This document shows positions 17,674 to 27,061 of a stretch of 64,000 nucleotides of DNA, in pieces. The position numbers and the translations under genes were made by a program. The stretch lies in IMG/VR virus record IMGVR_UViG_3300032304_002285, positions 32,001 to 96,000 of that record. One strand, 5' to 3'. Numbering within the stretch: the stretch's first letter is position 1; each line of letters starts with the position of its first letter. This DNA is from a virus. The notes under the pieces are model-generated. The model worked only from the letters and a program-made list of their open reading frames with translations. It searched no databases and was not told the DNA's origin.

Positions 17674-17895
17674 ATGAGTGATCTTCTTAAAAAGATTTTG
17701 GCTGAAACCCCCTGGATTGCCAGTGAGGGGGAGATGGTTCAGAAGGCGATGGATGGGTTGAAGGAGTTGTCCGAGAGTCAAGAGCGGAAAGAAGATGACA
17801 TTGATTTCGCTGAGATTCTGGTGAAGGATATGGAGGCTGCACTGGAGCAAGCCCGGAAATATCGGGACATTGTTGCTGGTAAGCTGGTCAAATGA
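17674..17895 (+). CDS. hypothetical protein
   Basis: AAGGAG RBS, downstream of the promoter motif. Confidence 0.65.
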   Translation: MSDLLKKILAETPWIASEGEMVQKAMDGLKELSESQERKEDDIDFAEILVKDMEAALEQARKYRDIVAGKLVK

Positions 17896-17928
17896 TGTTG
17901 GGGATTTAATTGTCAGGAGGGGTGAGAG

Positions 17929-18126
17929 ATGAAGGTTCAAAAGAGTCTGCAAGAGAAGCTGGCTGCGGCGAAGGCTCGGGTTGAGAAGTTGGAGAAGGAG
18001 TATGGTGAGTCGTTTGCCGGGAGTCATGAGGCGGCGATGCTTCGGGATAGCCTGAAGCAAGCCAAGTGTGATGTTGGGTCCTGGGAGTGGGAGATTGAGG
18101 AACAGGAACTTCTGAAGCAGGGTTGA
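17929..18126 (+). CDS. coiled-coil hypothetical protein
   Basis: AGGAGG RBS. Confidence 0.65.
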   Translation: MKVQKSLQEKLAAAKARVEKLEKEYGESFAGSHEAAMLRDSLKQAKCDVGSWEWEIEEQELLKQG

Positions 18127-18168
18127 GCAGGAGAGAGTGAGTCAACTGAGAGTAAGGAGATTGAGATC

Positions 18169-18423
18169 ATGGCGAATTTCCAAGAGGCTTATGAGAAAGC
18201 CAAGATGCTGTTGGCTGAGGGGAAGCCGGTGTTTGCCGTGGCGTATGATCCTTGGAATCGTGAGGAGAGGAAGAAGCCGTTGGTGGAACGGTTTCGGTAT
18301 CAGATTAAGACCTTGGCGAAGGGGTGCAATGGTCCGGTGAAGTTTCGTGAGATGGGGAACAACATTGGTCCTCTTTGGCGATTGGTTGACGTTTTCGTTG
18401 ATGCAGAGGGGAATGAGCTTTGA
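18169..18423 (+). CDS. hypothetical protein
   Basis: AAGGAG RBS. Confidence 0.65.
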   Translation: MANFQEAYEKAKMLLAEGKPVFAVAYDPWNREERKKPLVERFRYQIKTLAKGCNGPVKFREMGNNIGPLWRLVDVFVDAEGNEL

Positions 18424-18459
18424 TTCTCTAGGGGAGTCAAAAAACATTTTGTAAAAGCT

Positions 18460-18487
18460 TTGGATTTTGGAGGGTTCCAGGTAATAG
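18460..18487 (+). promoter_or_regulatory. repeated phage promoter motif
   Basis: TTGGAT-N16-TAATAG. Confidence 0.65.
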
Positions 18488-18528
18488 ATAGATGTAGGTG
18501 AGAGAGTGAACCAATCAAGGAGTAAGCG

Positions 18529-18765
18529 ATGAAGGTCAAGAAGAGTCTCCCCGCCCCGATGGTCCAGGCCATTCAGGATTACATTAGCTGGGGCAACGTC
18601 AAGGATGCCAAGGGTGCCTTTGAGCGGGAGAAGCTTCTTGCCAGTATGAAGGGCATGGGGATGAGCTTCGGGGCTATGGAGTTGGTGAAGTGTTCCTCCA
18701 ATGCCAAGAATGCGATTGCTTCCCTGATGGCTTTCCCCCGGAACAACGTCATTGTTCCTGATTGA
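18529..18765 (+). CDS. hypothetical protein
   Basis: AAGGAG RBS. Confidence 0.65.
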   Translation: MKVKKSLPAPMVQAIQDYISWGNVKDAKGAFEREKLLASMKGMGMSFGAMELVKCSSNAKNAIASLMAFPRNNVIVPD

Positions 18766-18793
18766 GTTGAACTGATCAAGAGGAGATTGACTG

Positions 18794-19009
18794 ATGGAAC
18801 CCAAGGCTTACCGGTTTGATGAGATGAAAGACAGTGAGCATTTCCGGTTTCCGAGTCTGGCATGTAAGCCTGGGGAATTCATGAAAGTGTGGCAGGGGGA
18901 GGCTGAGCAGGTTTTCCGGGATGAGAAGGGATTTGTGAGCAAGCTGAAGGTGGGAGTGAAGGTGGCTGATGATGAGATGGTGATTCCCTTGGATTTCTGG
19001 GGAAAATGA
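18794..19009 (+). CDS. hypothetical protein
   Basis: GAGGAG RBS. Confidence 0.65.
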   Translation: MEPKAYRFDEMKDSEHFRFPSLACKPGEFMKVWQGEAEQVFRDEKGFVSKLKVGVKVADDEMVIPLDFWGK

Positions 19010-19028
19010 AAAGAATTAACTGAGAGCT

Positions 19029-19056
19029 TTGGATTTTCCAGGCTTTCGGGTAATAG
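19029..19056 (+). promoter_or_regulatory. repeated phage promoter motif
   Basis: TTGGAT-N16-TAATAG. Confidence 0.65.
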
Positions 19057-19102
19057 ATAGATGTAGGAATTGAGTCAACTGAGAACAAAGGAGACTGGCA
19101 AA

Positions 19103-20170
19103 ATGGAAGAAGTTAAATTCGGTGTGAATCTGTGGTGGATGGTCCCCGGCTTCAATGCTCCTGCTGAGAAGGTGCAGGCGTTGCTGGAGAAGTACGGGTT
19201 TGACAAGGAAGACATCAAGGAACCCAGTGATCGGGTTGAAGTGAGCCGTGCGGTTCGGAGCTTTCAGAATCGTCGGACCAAGGATGAGCGGCGTTTGGCT
19301 GAGATTGCCAAGACCCATGTGGATAAAGTCGTTTACGGGATTCTTGATCGTGAGCAAGGGGAGGATGAGGTCAACTTTACGCAATCAACGACGATTGTGT
19401 ATGACAAGAACCATAATACGGTTCAGGTGAGTGGTTCACTGGCGAATGAGGTTTCGGCTCGTCTGGAGTTGATGAAGGATCAGATCAATGATGCTGATAT
19501 CCGTTACTTCCTCCGGAAAGTGGTGAAGATGTGCCATGGGGTGAGTAAGCGTCCCACGGGTGGGATTTACTTTGTCCCGGCTATGTTCGTCGGGATCATT
19601 GATCAGGCTCAGGGTTTCCTGGCTGAGCTTGGTGTTGGTGCCAAGCTGTATGTGGAACGGGTGATGGATGGGAAACAGGAACGTGAGATTGTGAAGGAAG
19701 CGGTTGAGGATGATCTGGATAAGCAATTGGAAGCGGTGATGAGTGGTGTTGATCGGATTGAGCGGCGGATTGGTGCTCTTCATAACTCCACTGCCAAGGT
19801 TGAAGAGCTTCGGGGGCTGATGCTGGTTTATCAGGATCTTCTCGGCAAAGAGGCGAAGTATGAGGAGATGACTGAGAAGCTTGACAAGGCTGTTCAAGTG
19901 ATCAGTGCCAAGATGGTTTCGCTTCAGGGGACTGCGATGATTCAGGGGACTGTGACTGAGGATTTCGGGACTGCTGTGGTTGAGGTTCTGAAGGGTTTTG
20001 TGGGTTCCCTGAGTATGCCTGAGATTGTGGATCAAGTGAAGGCTTTGGGGTTCACTGGTGAGGTTCCGGCGAATCTTGGTGGTTACTTCAACTATCGGGT
20101 TTCGACGGGGAGCTTGGTTCGGGTGAGCCGTGGGCAGTATGCTCTTCCGGTTGCTGCTCAACAAGTCTAA
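19103..20170 (+). CDS. hypothetical protein (possibly DUF6744-like) with C-terminal winged-helix-like domain
   Basis: GGIYFVP motif, coiled coil, C-term LSMPEIVDQV..GSLVRVSRGQY. Confidence 0.65.
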   Translation: MEEVKFGVNLWWMVPGFNAPAEKVQALLEKYGFDKEDIKEPSDRVEVSRAVRSFQNRRTKDERRLAEIAKTHVDKVVYGILDREQGEDEVNFTQSTTIVYDKNHNTVQVSGSLANEVSARLELMKDQINDADIRYFLRKVVKMCHGVSKRPTGGIYFVPAMFVGIIDQAQGFLAELGVGAKLYVERVMDGKQEREIVKEAVEDDLDKQLEAVMSGVDRIERRIGALHNSTAKVEELRGLMLVYQDLLGKEAKYEEMTEKLDKAVQVISAKMVSLQGTAMIQGTVTEDFGTAVVEVLKGFVGSLSMPEIVDQVKALGFTGEVPANLGGYFNYRVSTGSLVRVSRGQYALPVAAQQV

Positions 20171-20185
20171 GGGTTGATGGGGGGT

Positions 20186-20217
20186 GAGGGGGTTGGGTAA
20201 AACCAACTCCCTCTTTT
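20186..20217 (+). terminator. intrinsic terminator
   Basis: GAGGGGGTTGG/CCAACTCCCTC stem plus TTTT. Confidence 0.7.
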
Positions 20218-20238
20218 AATTAGAAAGGGATTGGGAAA

Positions 20239-20454
20239 ATGCAGTATCGAATTAAGCAGAATCCGAAGCATGGGTTGTTTGAGTATATGGGTAGTGCATC
20301 TGATTGGAGTAACGCCATCATAAAGCGTGTTGTGGTTGTGTTACGTGATCCTGATGGTGATTTGGTGTGTATGGATAAGGAATTGTTTAAGGATAAGTTT
20401 GAGGGAGTGGAAGTCATGGCTGATTTGCCTCCTGGTTTTGTGAATCACAATTAA
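20239..20454 (+). CDS. hypothetical protein
   Basis: ATG ORF. Confidence 0.6.
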   Translation: MQYRIKQNPKHGLFEYMGSASDWSNAIIKRVVVVLRDPDGDLVCMDKELFKDKFEGVEVMADLPPGFVNHN

Positions 20455-20469
20455 GGAGGGATAGGGTTT

Positions 20470-20640
20470 ATGGTTAAGATTGAGGTGATCACAAGGAAGA
20501 CTGTTGAGGAGGCTCAGAAGGCTTCACATGAATTCATGAAAGAGAATTGGAATAAATTCATTTGGATGGATTATCCTCAGGCGTGTATGGACGATAAAGG
20601 GGATATGGCTCATCGGGTTACGGTTTACCTGAAGGACTAA
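20470..20640 (+). CDS. 56-aa hypothetical protein, not in ORF track
   Basis: MVKIEVITRKTVEEAQK...YLKD*; GGAGG upstream. Confidence 0.55.
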   Translation: MVKIEVITRKTVEEAQKASHEFMKENWNKFIWMDYPQACMDDKGDMAHRVTVYLKD

Positions 20641-20659
20641 GAGAGACAAGTCATGGGGG

Positions 20660-20712
20660 AAATCTGGCTAAGGGAAATACCTAAAAAGTATTCCTTAGCC
20701 AGATTTTTTGTT
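20660..20712 (+). terminator. intrinsic terminator
   Basis: AATCTGGCTAAGG/CCTTAGCCAGATT stem plus T tract. Confidence 0.75.
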
Positions 20713-20796
20713 TTCCGGGGGTATAATTAAATGGATTTCTGTTTGTGTTGGGTGATATAGAAGAAGCGGGTATATAAAAAGAGAGGCAATAAGATC

Positions 20797-22692
20797 ATGG
20801 AACGTATTCAAGAGTTGGTTGAACAGATTACCTATCACACCGAAAAGTATTCTCAGGGAATCCCAGAGATTTCCGATGCTGAGTTTGATGTCCTAATTGA
20901 AGAGCTTAAAAATCTAGATCCTGAAAATGATGCTTTGAAATTACTTGGGAAGAATTTGGGATATGGGAAGAAGGTGAAGCATCCTCAGATGATGGGGAGT
21001 TTGAACAAGGCGAAGACTTGGGAAGAGCTATTGGAATGGGCTAAGGCGTGTGGACATAGGGGTGGAAGCTTTGTCTTGATGCCCAAGATTGATGGTTGTG
21101 CCATTCGTCTTGAGTATAAGGAAGGCGAATTGGTTCTTGCTGCTACTCGTGGGGATGGGAGTGAGGGACAGGATGTTACTGACAATGCAAAGATGATTAA
21201 TGGGATTCCTTGGATCATTAGTAATTTTACTGGTGAGATTCGTGGTGAAGTGTACATGAGGAAATCTGTGTGGGAGAAGATGGGCAGTGGTTCTAATCCC
21301 CGGAATTGTGCTGTTGGGTCTTTGTTGCAGAAGGACCCGAAGATTACTGGTGAGCGCAATCTAGACTTTTTGGTTTATGATATTAGACCTGAAGAGCAGA
21401 ATTTGTTTACGACTGAGTTTGGGAAATTGAATTTCTTTTCCAACATTGATTTGGATGTAGTTTCTCGGTATATCATTCCTGCTATGGATCAGGATTTCCA
21501 TGCAACCTTGATGGATTGGGAAAACAATTTGCGTCAGAAGTTGGATTATGAGATTGATGGGATGGTATTGGCGATTGATGATTTGGATGCACAAGAGTCC
21601 ATGGGTTGGGTTGGTAAATGTCCGAAGGGTAAGATTGCCTACAAGTTTAAGCCAGAGCAGAAGATTGCTGAGTTAATGTGTATTGATTGGCAGGTTGGTC
21701 GGACTGGTCGGGTTACTCCTGTTGCTGTAGTGAGTGCAACTCGTCTTGCTGGTACTACGGTAACGAGTGTGAGTTTACACAATGCTGCTGTTGTAGAGGA
21801 TTTGGATTTACGGATTGGTGATCGTCTTTTGATTGAGAAGGCTGGGGATATTATTCCTCAGTTGTCTCGTGTAGTTGAGAAGGCGAATCCTCCTGGTGAG
21901 AGTTTGCTGATTGAAATTTGTCCGGTTTGTGGTTACGAATTGAATTGGGATGGGAATGGTGTGAGTTTGTGGTGTAGCAATAGTAATTGTCCTGCCAAGT
22001 TGGAGAGGACGGTATTGCATTACCTGAGTACGATTGGGGTGATGGGTGTTGGTCCTGGGATTATTTCCAAGTTGTGTAAATCGAAGATGGTTCAATCAAT
22101 TACTGATTTGTATTTCTTGGAGCAGCAAGAATTGGTTGAGTTGTTGGGTGGGGAACGGAATGGTGAGAAAATTTACTTGGCGATTATGGAGAAGAATGAA
22201 ATTAATCTAGCTGTGTTTTTGGATGCATTGGGTATTGATGGCTTGGGAACAACTACATCCAAGGATATTGCCAAGAAGTTTAAGACTCTGGATGCTGTAA
22301 GGAAGGCTTCTACGTTGGAGTTTTTGGGGATTAATGGGATTGGTTCATTGAGTGCTCGAAAGATTTTTGATGGTTTGGTTGCTCAGAGTTTGATTATTGA
22401 TGGTTTGTTGAAGTGTATCGAGGTTAAGGATGTTGAGGAGATTGATGGTCCATTGAAGGGTAAGAGTTTTTGCATTACAGGGTCTTTGAGTAAGCAACGT
22501 AGTTTGGTAGAGTCTGACATTGCTGATGCTGGTGGGGAATGTAAATCGAGTGTTGGAAAGGGATTGTCTTACCTCGTGACGAATGACAAAACAGGTGGAT
22601 CAGCCAAGAACGTTAAGGCACAGAAATTGGGTACGGCTGTAATTGATGAAACGGATCTGTATGCAATGATTAATGGATTCAAGAAGGCATAA
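20797..22692 (+). CDS. ligA: NAD+-dependent DNA ligase
   Basis: KIDG adenylation motif, ATRGDG, WQVGRTG, CPVC..C..C Zn finger, HhH repeats, C-terminal BRCT. Confidence 0.95.
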   Translation: MERIQELVEQITYHTEKYSQGIPEISDAEFDVLIEELKNLDPENDALKLLGKNLGYGKKVKHPQMMGSLNKAKTWEELLEWAKACGHRGGSFVLMPKIDGCAIRLEYKEGELVLAATRGDGSEGQDVTDNAKMINGIPWIISNFTGEIRGEVYMRKSVWEKMGSGSNPRNCAVGSLLQKDPKITGERNLDFLVYDIRPEEQNLFTTEFGKLNFFSNIDLDVVSRYIIPAMDQDFHATLMDWENNLRQKLDYEIDGMVLAIDDLDAQESMGWVGKCPKGKIAYKFKPEQKIAELMCIDWQVGRTGRVTPVAVVSATRLAGTTVTSVSLHNAAVVEDLDLRIGDRLLIEKAGDIIPQLSRVVEKANPPGESLLIEICPVCGYELNWDGNGVSLWCSNSNCPAKLERTVLHYLSTIGVMGVGPGIISKLCKSKMVQSITDLYFLEQQELVELLGGERNGEKIYLAIMEKNEINLAVFLDALGIDGLGTTTSKDIAKKFKTLDAVRKASTLEFLGINGIGSLSARKIFDGLVAQSLIIDGLLKCIEVKDVEEIDGPLKGKSFCITGSLSKQRSLVESDIADAGGECKSSVGKGLSYLVTNDKTGGSAKNVKAQKLGTAVIDETDLYAMINGFKKA

Positions 22693-22695
22693 GAG

Positions 22696-22782
22696 GTTAA
22701 GCTGCAAGTTTTGGAAAGTTGATCTTAATTTGATTGATTTTCCTACCTATGTGGATAAACCAAAAAACCGTTAGGTTTTAGG
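22696..22782. repeat. ~80-bp intergenic repeat, copy 3
   Basis: matches the copies at 10897 and 11595. Confidence 0.9.
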
Positions 22783-22799
22783 AAGGGATTGGGGGTGAG

Positions 22800-23303
22800 A
22801 TGTATATAAGGAAACTAGCTCCAGGCGTTGAGATTGATGGATTTTCGGTAGTTAAAAGTAATATGATATTGTATCGGGAGGTGATCAATGACGCTAATGT
22901 AGGTCCTTGGTGTATTTATCATCCTGATTCAATGGATATGACTCCTGCACAGACGAAGGAGGAGCTTGAGAGACATTTAACAGATAATTCAAATGGGATT
23001 GTTGAATTAACCCCTGGTGGTTGGGATGATCATTTATGGGATTGGGGACCAAGGGATCAGTTTTGGATTCCGAATGAGAAGGATTTGAAGGGGATTGAAG
23101 AGATTGAGGGACCAGTCTGGAAGCCAAAGATTAAACAGAGATATTACAGGTGTATCAATGCTCTTGGGATATCTGAATTGACGAAGGGGAAGATTTATCA
23201 GCCCAAGAATTGGAAAGATGATATGTTGCTGATTCTGAATGATGATGGTGATCTTGTGGAATATTTGACTGAGAGATTTGAAGCAGTGAATGATTACGAA
23301 TGA
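22800..23303 (+). CDS. 'CINNLG'-domain paralog
   Basis: YRCINALGISELTKGKIY...EYLTERF. Confidence 0.75.
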   Translation: MYIRKLAPGVEIDGFSVVKSNMILYREVINDANVGPWCIYHPDSMDMTPAQTKEELERHLTDNSNGIVELTPGGWDDHLWDWGPRDQFWIPNEKDLKGIEEIEGPVWKPKIKQRYYRCINALGISELTKGKIYQPKNWKDDMLLILNDDGDLVEYLTERFEAVNDYE

Positions 23304-23366
23304 CAATGGGGAGTTGGAGGAGTATTTTTGGGAACGGTTTGATTTGGTATAAAGCAAGAAGGGAAT

Positions 23367-24008
23367 TTGTTTATGACTCCTCAAGAAATCAGGCAAGAAT
23401 TTGCTGCTCGGTTTATGGTACTTCAGAAGAAGCAACATGAGAACGATTATCTGAAATCAGAATTACAGAAAAGAATAGACAAAATCAGTGAATGTACAGA
23501 ATCTATTTTAACAGTTAGAGATGGATTAAGTTTTTTGTATTCCTTGGCGAATACAAGAAGAGGAGCAATGAAGGGTAAGATTGAGGATGTAGTGTCAGAA
23601 GCATTGCGGTTGATTTATGGTCCTGAGTATAAGGTAGAGCTTACCTATTCTGTAAAGAACAATAGATCTAGTTTATCAATTGAGATGGTACGGGATACTG
23701 CCAAGGGAGCAGTGAGGCGAGAGATAGGCGGGTTTGGAGGTGGAGTAGCGGATACGATTTCTGTTCCTATGCGGTTGATGGTTCTTTTAGGTGCTAAGCA
23801 GAATTCCAAGATCTGTGTATTGGATGAGTGTTATAAGCATGTTGATGGTGAGAGGATTGAATTGGTTGCTGAGTTTTTGAAAGCCTTATCGAGTAAACTA
23901 GGGATGCAGATATTGATGTGTACTCATCATGAGGTGATTAAGAGTAGGGCAGATAAGACATATTCGGTTGTAGAGGACAATGGGAAATCTACGGTAAGGG
24001 AGAGGTAA
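23367..24008 (+). CDS. SbcC/Rad50-like C-terminal ABC-ATPase half
   Basis: coiled coil, signature-like FGGG, Walker B VLDE..HVD, terminal CTHH; no Walker A. Confidence 0.75.
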   Translation: MFMTPQEIRQEFAARFMVLQKKQHENDYLKSELQKRIDKISECTESILTVRDGLSFLYSLANTRRGAMKGKIEDVVSEALRLIYGPEYKVELTYSVKNNRSSLSIEMVRDTAKGAVRREIGGFGGGVADTISVPMRLMVLLGAKQNSKICVLDECYKHVDGERIELVAEFLKALSSKLGMQILMCTHHEVIKSRADKTYSVVEDNGKSTVRER

Positions 24009-24063
24009 GAGAAAAGAAGGCGGTATAATAGGTTGGATTTGAGAGAAGTATTTAAGGGAGACA

Positions 24064-24609
24064 ATGAAAATGGCGAAGAAGAAGATTGCTCGTGTTATTG
24101 TTGCTGAGGAGAAGGTTGCTGGGATTGTAGATCGGGGTTTTGAGATTGATGTCAATCTTAAGAACTTCAAGGTTGAGGATGCAGGGATTAAGAAAGTGAT
24201 TACAGATGTTGCTGAGAGTCTTCTAGAGGAAGGGGAGACTAGTCTTTCTCTTAAGGGGGAAATGAGTACAGCGAATGTAGTTGCTGTTGAGAAATATGAG
24301 CTTGATTGTTTTGGTGAGTCATTTAAGGAAGTGAAGAATTCCCTGAATAAGGGATTGTATGATGGTGTAGTGAAAGAGCAATTGAGCCTTCTTGTCCCTC
24401 CTAATCGGATTTCGGATGCTTTTGCTTTGTTGGTAAAGGCTGGGATGTTGGATGTTTCGGTTGAGACTATGTATACTGTGAATCCTGAGGAGTATCGGGT
24501 TTACAGTCAATCGTCTCAGAATTCTAAGGAACGCCAAGAAGCTCAGAAGGCATTGAAGGGTTGTGTTTCTTGCAAGAAGAGTTTTCGTGTGAGTTTTGAG
24601 AAGAATTGA
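24064..24609 (+). CDS. hypothetical protein
   Basis: GGAG RBS, 181 aa. Confidence 0.7.
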   Translation: MKMAKKKIARVIVAEEKVAGIVDRGFEIDVNLKNFKVEDAGIKKVITDVAESLLEEGETSLSLKGEMSTANVVAVEKYELDCFGESFKEVKNSLNKGLYDGVVKEQLSLLVPPNRISDAFALLVKAGMLDVSVETMYTVNPEEYRVYSQSSQNSKERQEAQKALKGCVSCKKSFRVSFEKN

Positions 24610-24635
24610 GAAATAAGGTAGAAAGAAAAAATATC

Positions 24636-25934
24636 ATGGCAAAGAAGAATGCGAATGAACAGGAATTGAGCTATAGCGGTTGTTATGGTTCACGTGTGGT
24701 TTACCATGAGATGCAACAATTTCTTGAAGATTGTTTCAAGATGAATCGTGTAGCTGAGAAGCATGGTACTGAGCGGTTTGCTGCTTGTATCTATGGGCAT
24801 GCTGGGATTGGTAAGACTCAATTGGTAAAGCAATTCAGGAAACGTCCTGTTGAGTTTGGTGGTGTTACTTATAGTGGGTATTCTGTGTATGACGTGCCAA
24901 TTGCTCAATTTGAGGAGATGGGTGATTTGCATGGATTGCCTGAGAAGCATGTATTGATGAAGAAGCAGGAAACGGTTGTTGGTGGATCTGCTGATGGCAC
25001 GGTTAAGGGAGTGAATGAGCAATGGGTTCCGATTGATATTGTGGAATCTTATAGAAAGCAGGGGTGGGAGCTTGATCATACTTTTGGGATTCGTACTATG
25101 TATGCTCCCCCTGATTGGGTTCCTTCAACTCCGGGTCCTTCGATTCTTCTACTTGATGATTGGAATCGTGCTAGCATTCGGATCATTAAGGGTATTATGC
25201 AATTGCTTCAGAATTACGGAATGGTGAGTTGGAAATTGCCTTCGGGTTGTAACATTGTTCTTACGGGTAATCCTGATGAACAAGATTACATGGTGACTTC
25301 CATTGACTCGGCAATTTTGACTCGTATTCGTTCTACTACATTGGTTCATGATGCCAGGGAATGGAGTATTTGGGCTACTGGTGCGGGTCTTGATCCTCGT
25401 GGTATCAATTGGGTTTTGGCTTATCCTGAGATGATGATTGGTAAAGAGCGGACTAATCCTCGGACTCTTTCTGAGTTTTTCCGGTTTTTGCCTGAGGTTC
25501 CGAATTTCCAGGATAAAAATTCTTTTCGGAGAATTGAGGTTCAAGCAAATTCTCTTCTTGATGAGGATACTGTTTCTAGCATGTTGGTATTTTTTGATCG
25601 TGATGTTGAATTGATTGTGGAACCTGAAGCTGTGCTTGCTGGTGATAGGAAAGCCTTTGAGCATATCAAGAAGGTTTTGACGAGAAAGGAAAAACGGATT
25701 GACATTGTGAGCATTACGATGGATCGGTTGTTTGCTCATATTGTTCAGCCGAATTGTAAGCCTGATAAAACAGCTATCAAGAATTTCCAAGATTTCGTAT
25801 GTATGTCTGAAATGGAAGAAGACATTCGGCATAACATTTGTATGCGGATTGGTCGGGTGAAGGATGGCGGTAAGACTCAACAGTGGATTCTTGGGAATGA
25901 TACTCTCAAGAAACTAATTCTTGAAGTGTTGTAA
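24636..25934 (+). CDS. MoxR-like AAA+ ATPase (second)
   Basis: GHAGIGKT, LLLDDWNRA, LTGNP, DSAILTR. Confidence 0.8.
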   Translation: MAKKNANEQELSYSGCYGSRVVYHEMQQFLEDCFKMNRVAEKHGTERFAACIYGHAGIGKTQLVKQFRKRPVEFGGVTYSGYSVYDVPIAQFEEMGDLHGLPEKHVLMKKQETVVGGSADGTVKGVNEQWVPIDIVESYRKQGWELDHTFGIRTMYAPPDWVPSTPGPSILLLDDWNRASIRIIKGIMQLLQNYGMVSWKLPSGCNIVLTGNPDEQDYMVTSIDSAILTRIRSTTLVHDAREWSIWATGAGLDPRGINWVLAYPEMMIGKERTNPRTLSEFFRFLPEVPNFQDKNSFRRIEVQANSLLDEDTVSSMLVFFDRDVELIVEPEAVLAGDRKAFEHIKKVLTRKEKRIDIVSITMDRLFAHIVQPNCKPDKTAIKNFQDFVCMSEMEEDIRHNICMRIGRVKDGGKTQQWILGNDTLKKLILEVL

Positions 25935-25992
25935 GAAAAAGTTGATTTTCAATTACTTCCTTATTAGGGAGATAGGGAGGTAGGGGGGAAAT

Positions 25993-26199
25993 ATGACAAC
26001 TTATGACACAGACCAAGATTTAGTAATCGGCTATAGGGTTCAAGTAGGGTATCTTCTTCTTCCGAAGGCATTACCTGATAGAAGAGGAAAGACCCGAATC
26101 CGTAGATGGCTAGAGTTTGCAAAATGGGAAGAGATGAAGGAGTATAATATTTCCACAGAACAATATCATTGGGTTCCGAAGAAATGGTTGGATAGGTAA
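25993..26199 (+). CDS. hypothetical protein
   Basis: ATG ORF. Confidence 0.55.
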   Translation: MTTYDTDQDLVIGYRVQVGYLLLPKALPDRRGKTRIRRWLEFAKWEEMKEYNISTEQYHWVPKKWLDR

Positions 26200-26277
26200 A
26201 GTCAGAGTAGTAAAATCTAAAAAATCCCAAGCTATAAAACATAGTCTTGGGATTTTCATTAAAGGGAGATAGAGATC

Positions 26278-26490
26278 ATGGCAAAGTTTAAGGTTCCGGA
26301 ATTTGTGGTAAACGGTAAAGATGGCAATAAGGGTAAATGGCATTTGTTGGCGTCTAATGGGCTTTATGCCAATCAGGGAGTAACGGTTTGTAATCGCTAT
26401 GCTCCGGAATGGGAAAAGCTTCCTATTAGTGAAATAAAGGCTGAGTGTATTTGCCAGAAGTGTCTTGGTCCATTGAAGGTTGAGGATTGA
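26278..26490 (+). CDS. small Cys-rich protein (WH..C..C..C)
   Basis: KGKWHL...VC...CICQKC; paralog of the next ORF. Confidence 0.65.
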   Translation: MAKFKVPEFVVNGKDGNKGKWHLLASNGLYANQGVTVCNRYAPEWEKLPISEIKAECICQKCLGPLKVED

Positions 26491-26689
26491 GCTAATGGTA
26501 AAGAAAACAATCAGTGACTCTATAGCCGTAAGACCCATTCACCAAACTAAGGGTAAATGGCATTTGGTTTTTAAGGAAAATCAAAATGTTGTTTGTGGAG
26601 CTTGCTTCTCTAATAAAGAAACTAAGCCTCTTAAGGAACTAGATGTTACTGATTGTTGTCCCAAGTGTATGAGTGTGTTTAAATTTTAG
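26480..26689 (+). CDS. small Cys-rich protein, paralog of 26278-26490
   Basis: KGKWHL...VCG...CCPKC. Confidence 0.65.
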   Translation: MRIELMVKKTISDSIAVRPIHQTKGKWHLVFKENQNVVCGACFSNKETKPLKELDVTDCCPKCMSVFKF

Positions 26690-26704
26690 GAGTAAATAAT
26701 TTTT

Positions 26705-27061
26705 ATGGCTAGGGTGATTGTTCTTGGACAAGTGAAAGAAGGAAATCAGAAGGTTCAGCTTAGAGGAGTCTTTACCCAAAAGAAAAAACTATGGCAAGCA
26801 ATTGAAACGATTGCTGGACCCATTCAAGGCAAATTCATTTTAGATGATGTATCAGGGAAAGAGTATGATGCAACATATGCTAATCTCTGTAATCGGTTGA
26901 GATTGATTGGAAGGGCTACGCTCTTAGGACCTGATAAACAAAGAGAGTGTTTGATCATTGAAAGCATGCTGAATGAAATAAGGGATTGGGATACGGATGA
27001 GAACAACAATCCCAAGTTGAATCCAGTCAAGGGAAATGAAGATGACAAAGAAGGCGAGTGA
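26705..27061 (+). CDS. hypothetical protein
   Basis: AGGAG RBS. Confidence 0.65.
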   Translation: MARVIVLGQVKEGNQKVQLRGVFTQKKKLWQAIETIAGPIQGKFILDDVSGKEYDATYANLCNRLRLIGRATLLGPDKQRECLIIESMLNEIRDWDTDENNNPKLNPVKGNEDDKEGE

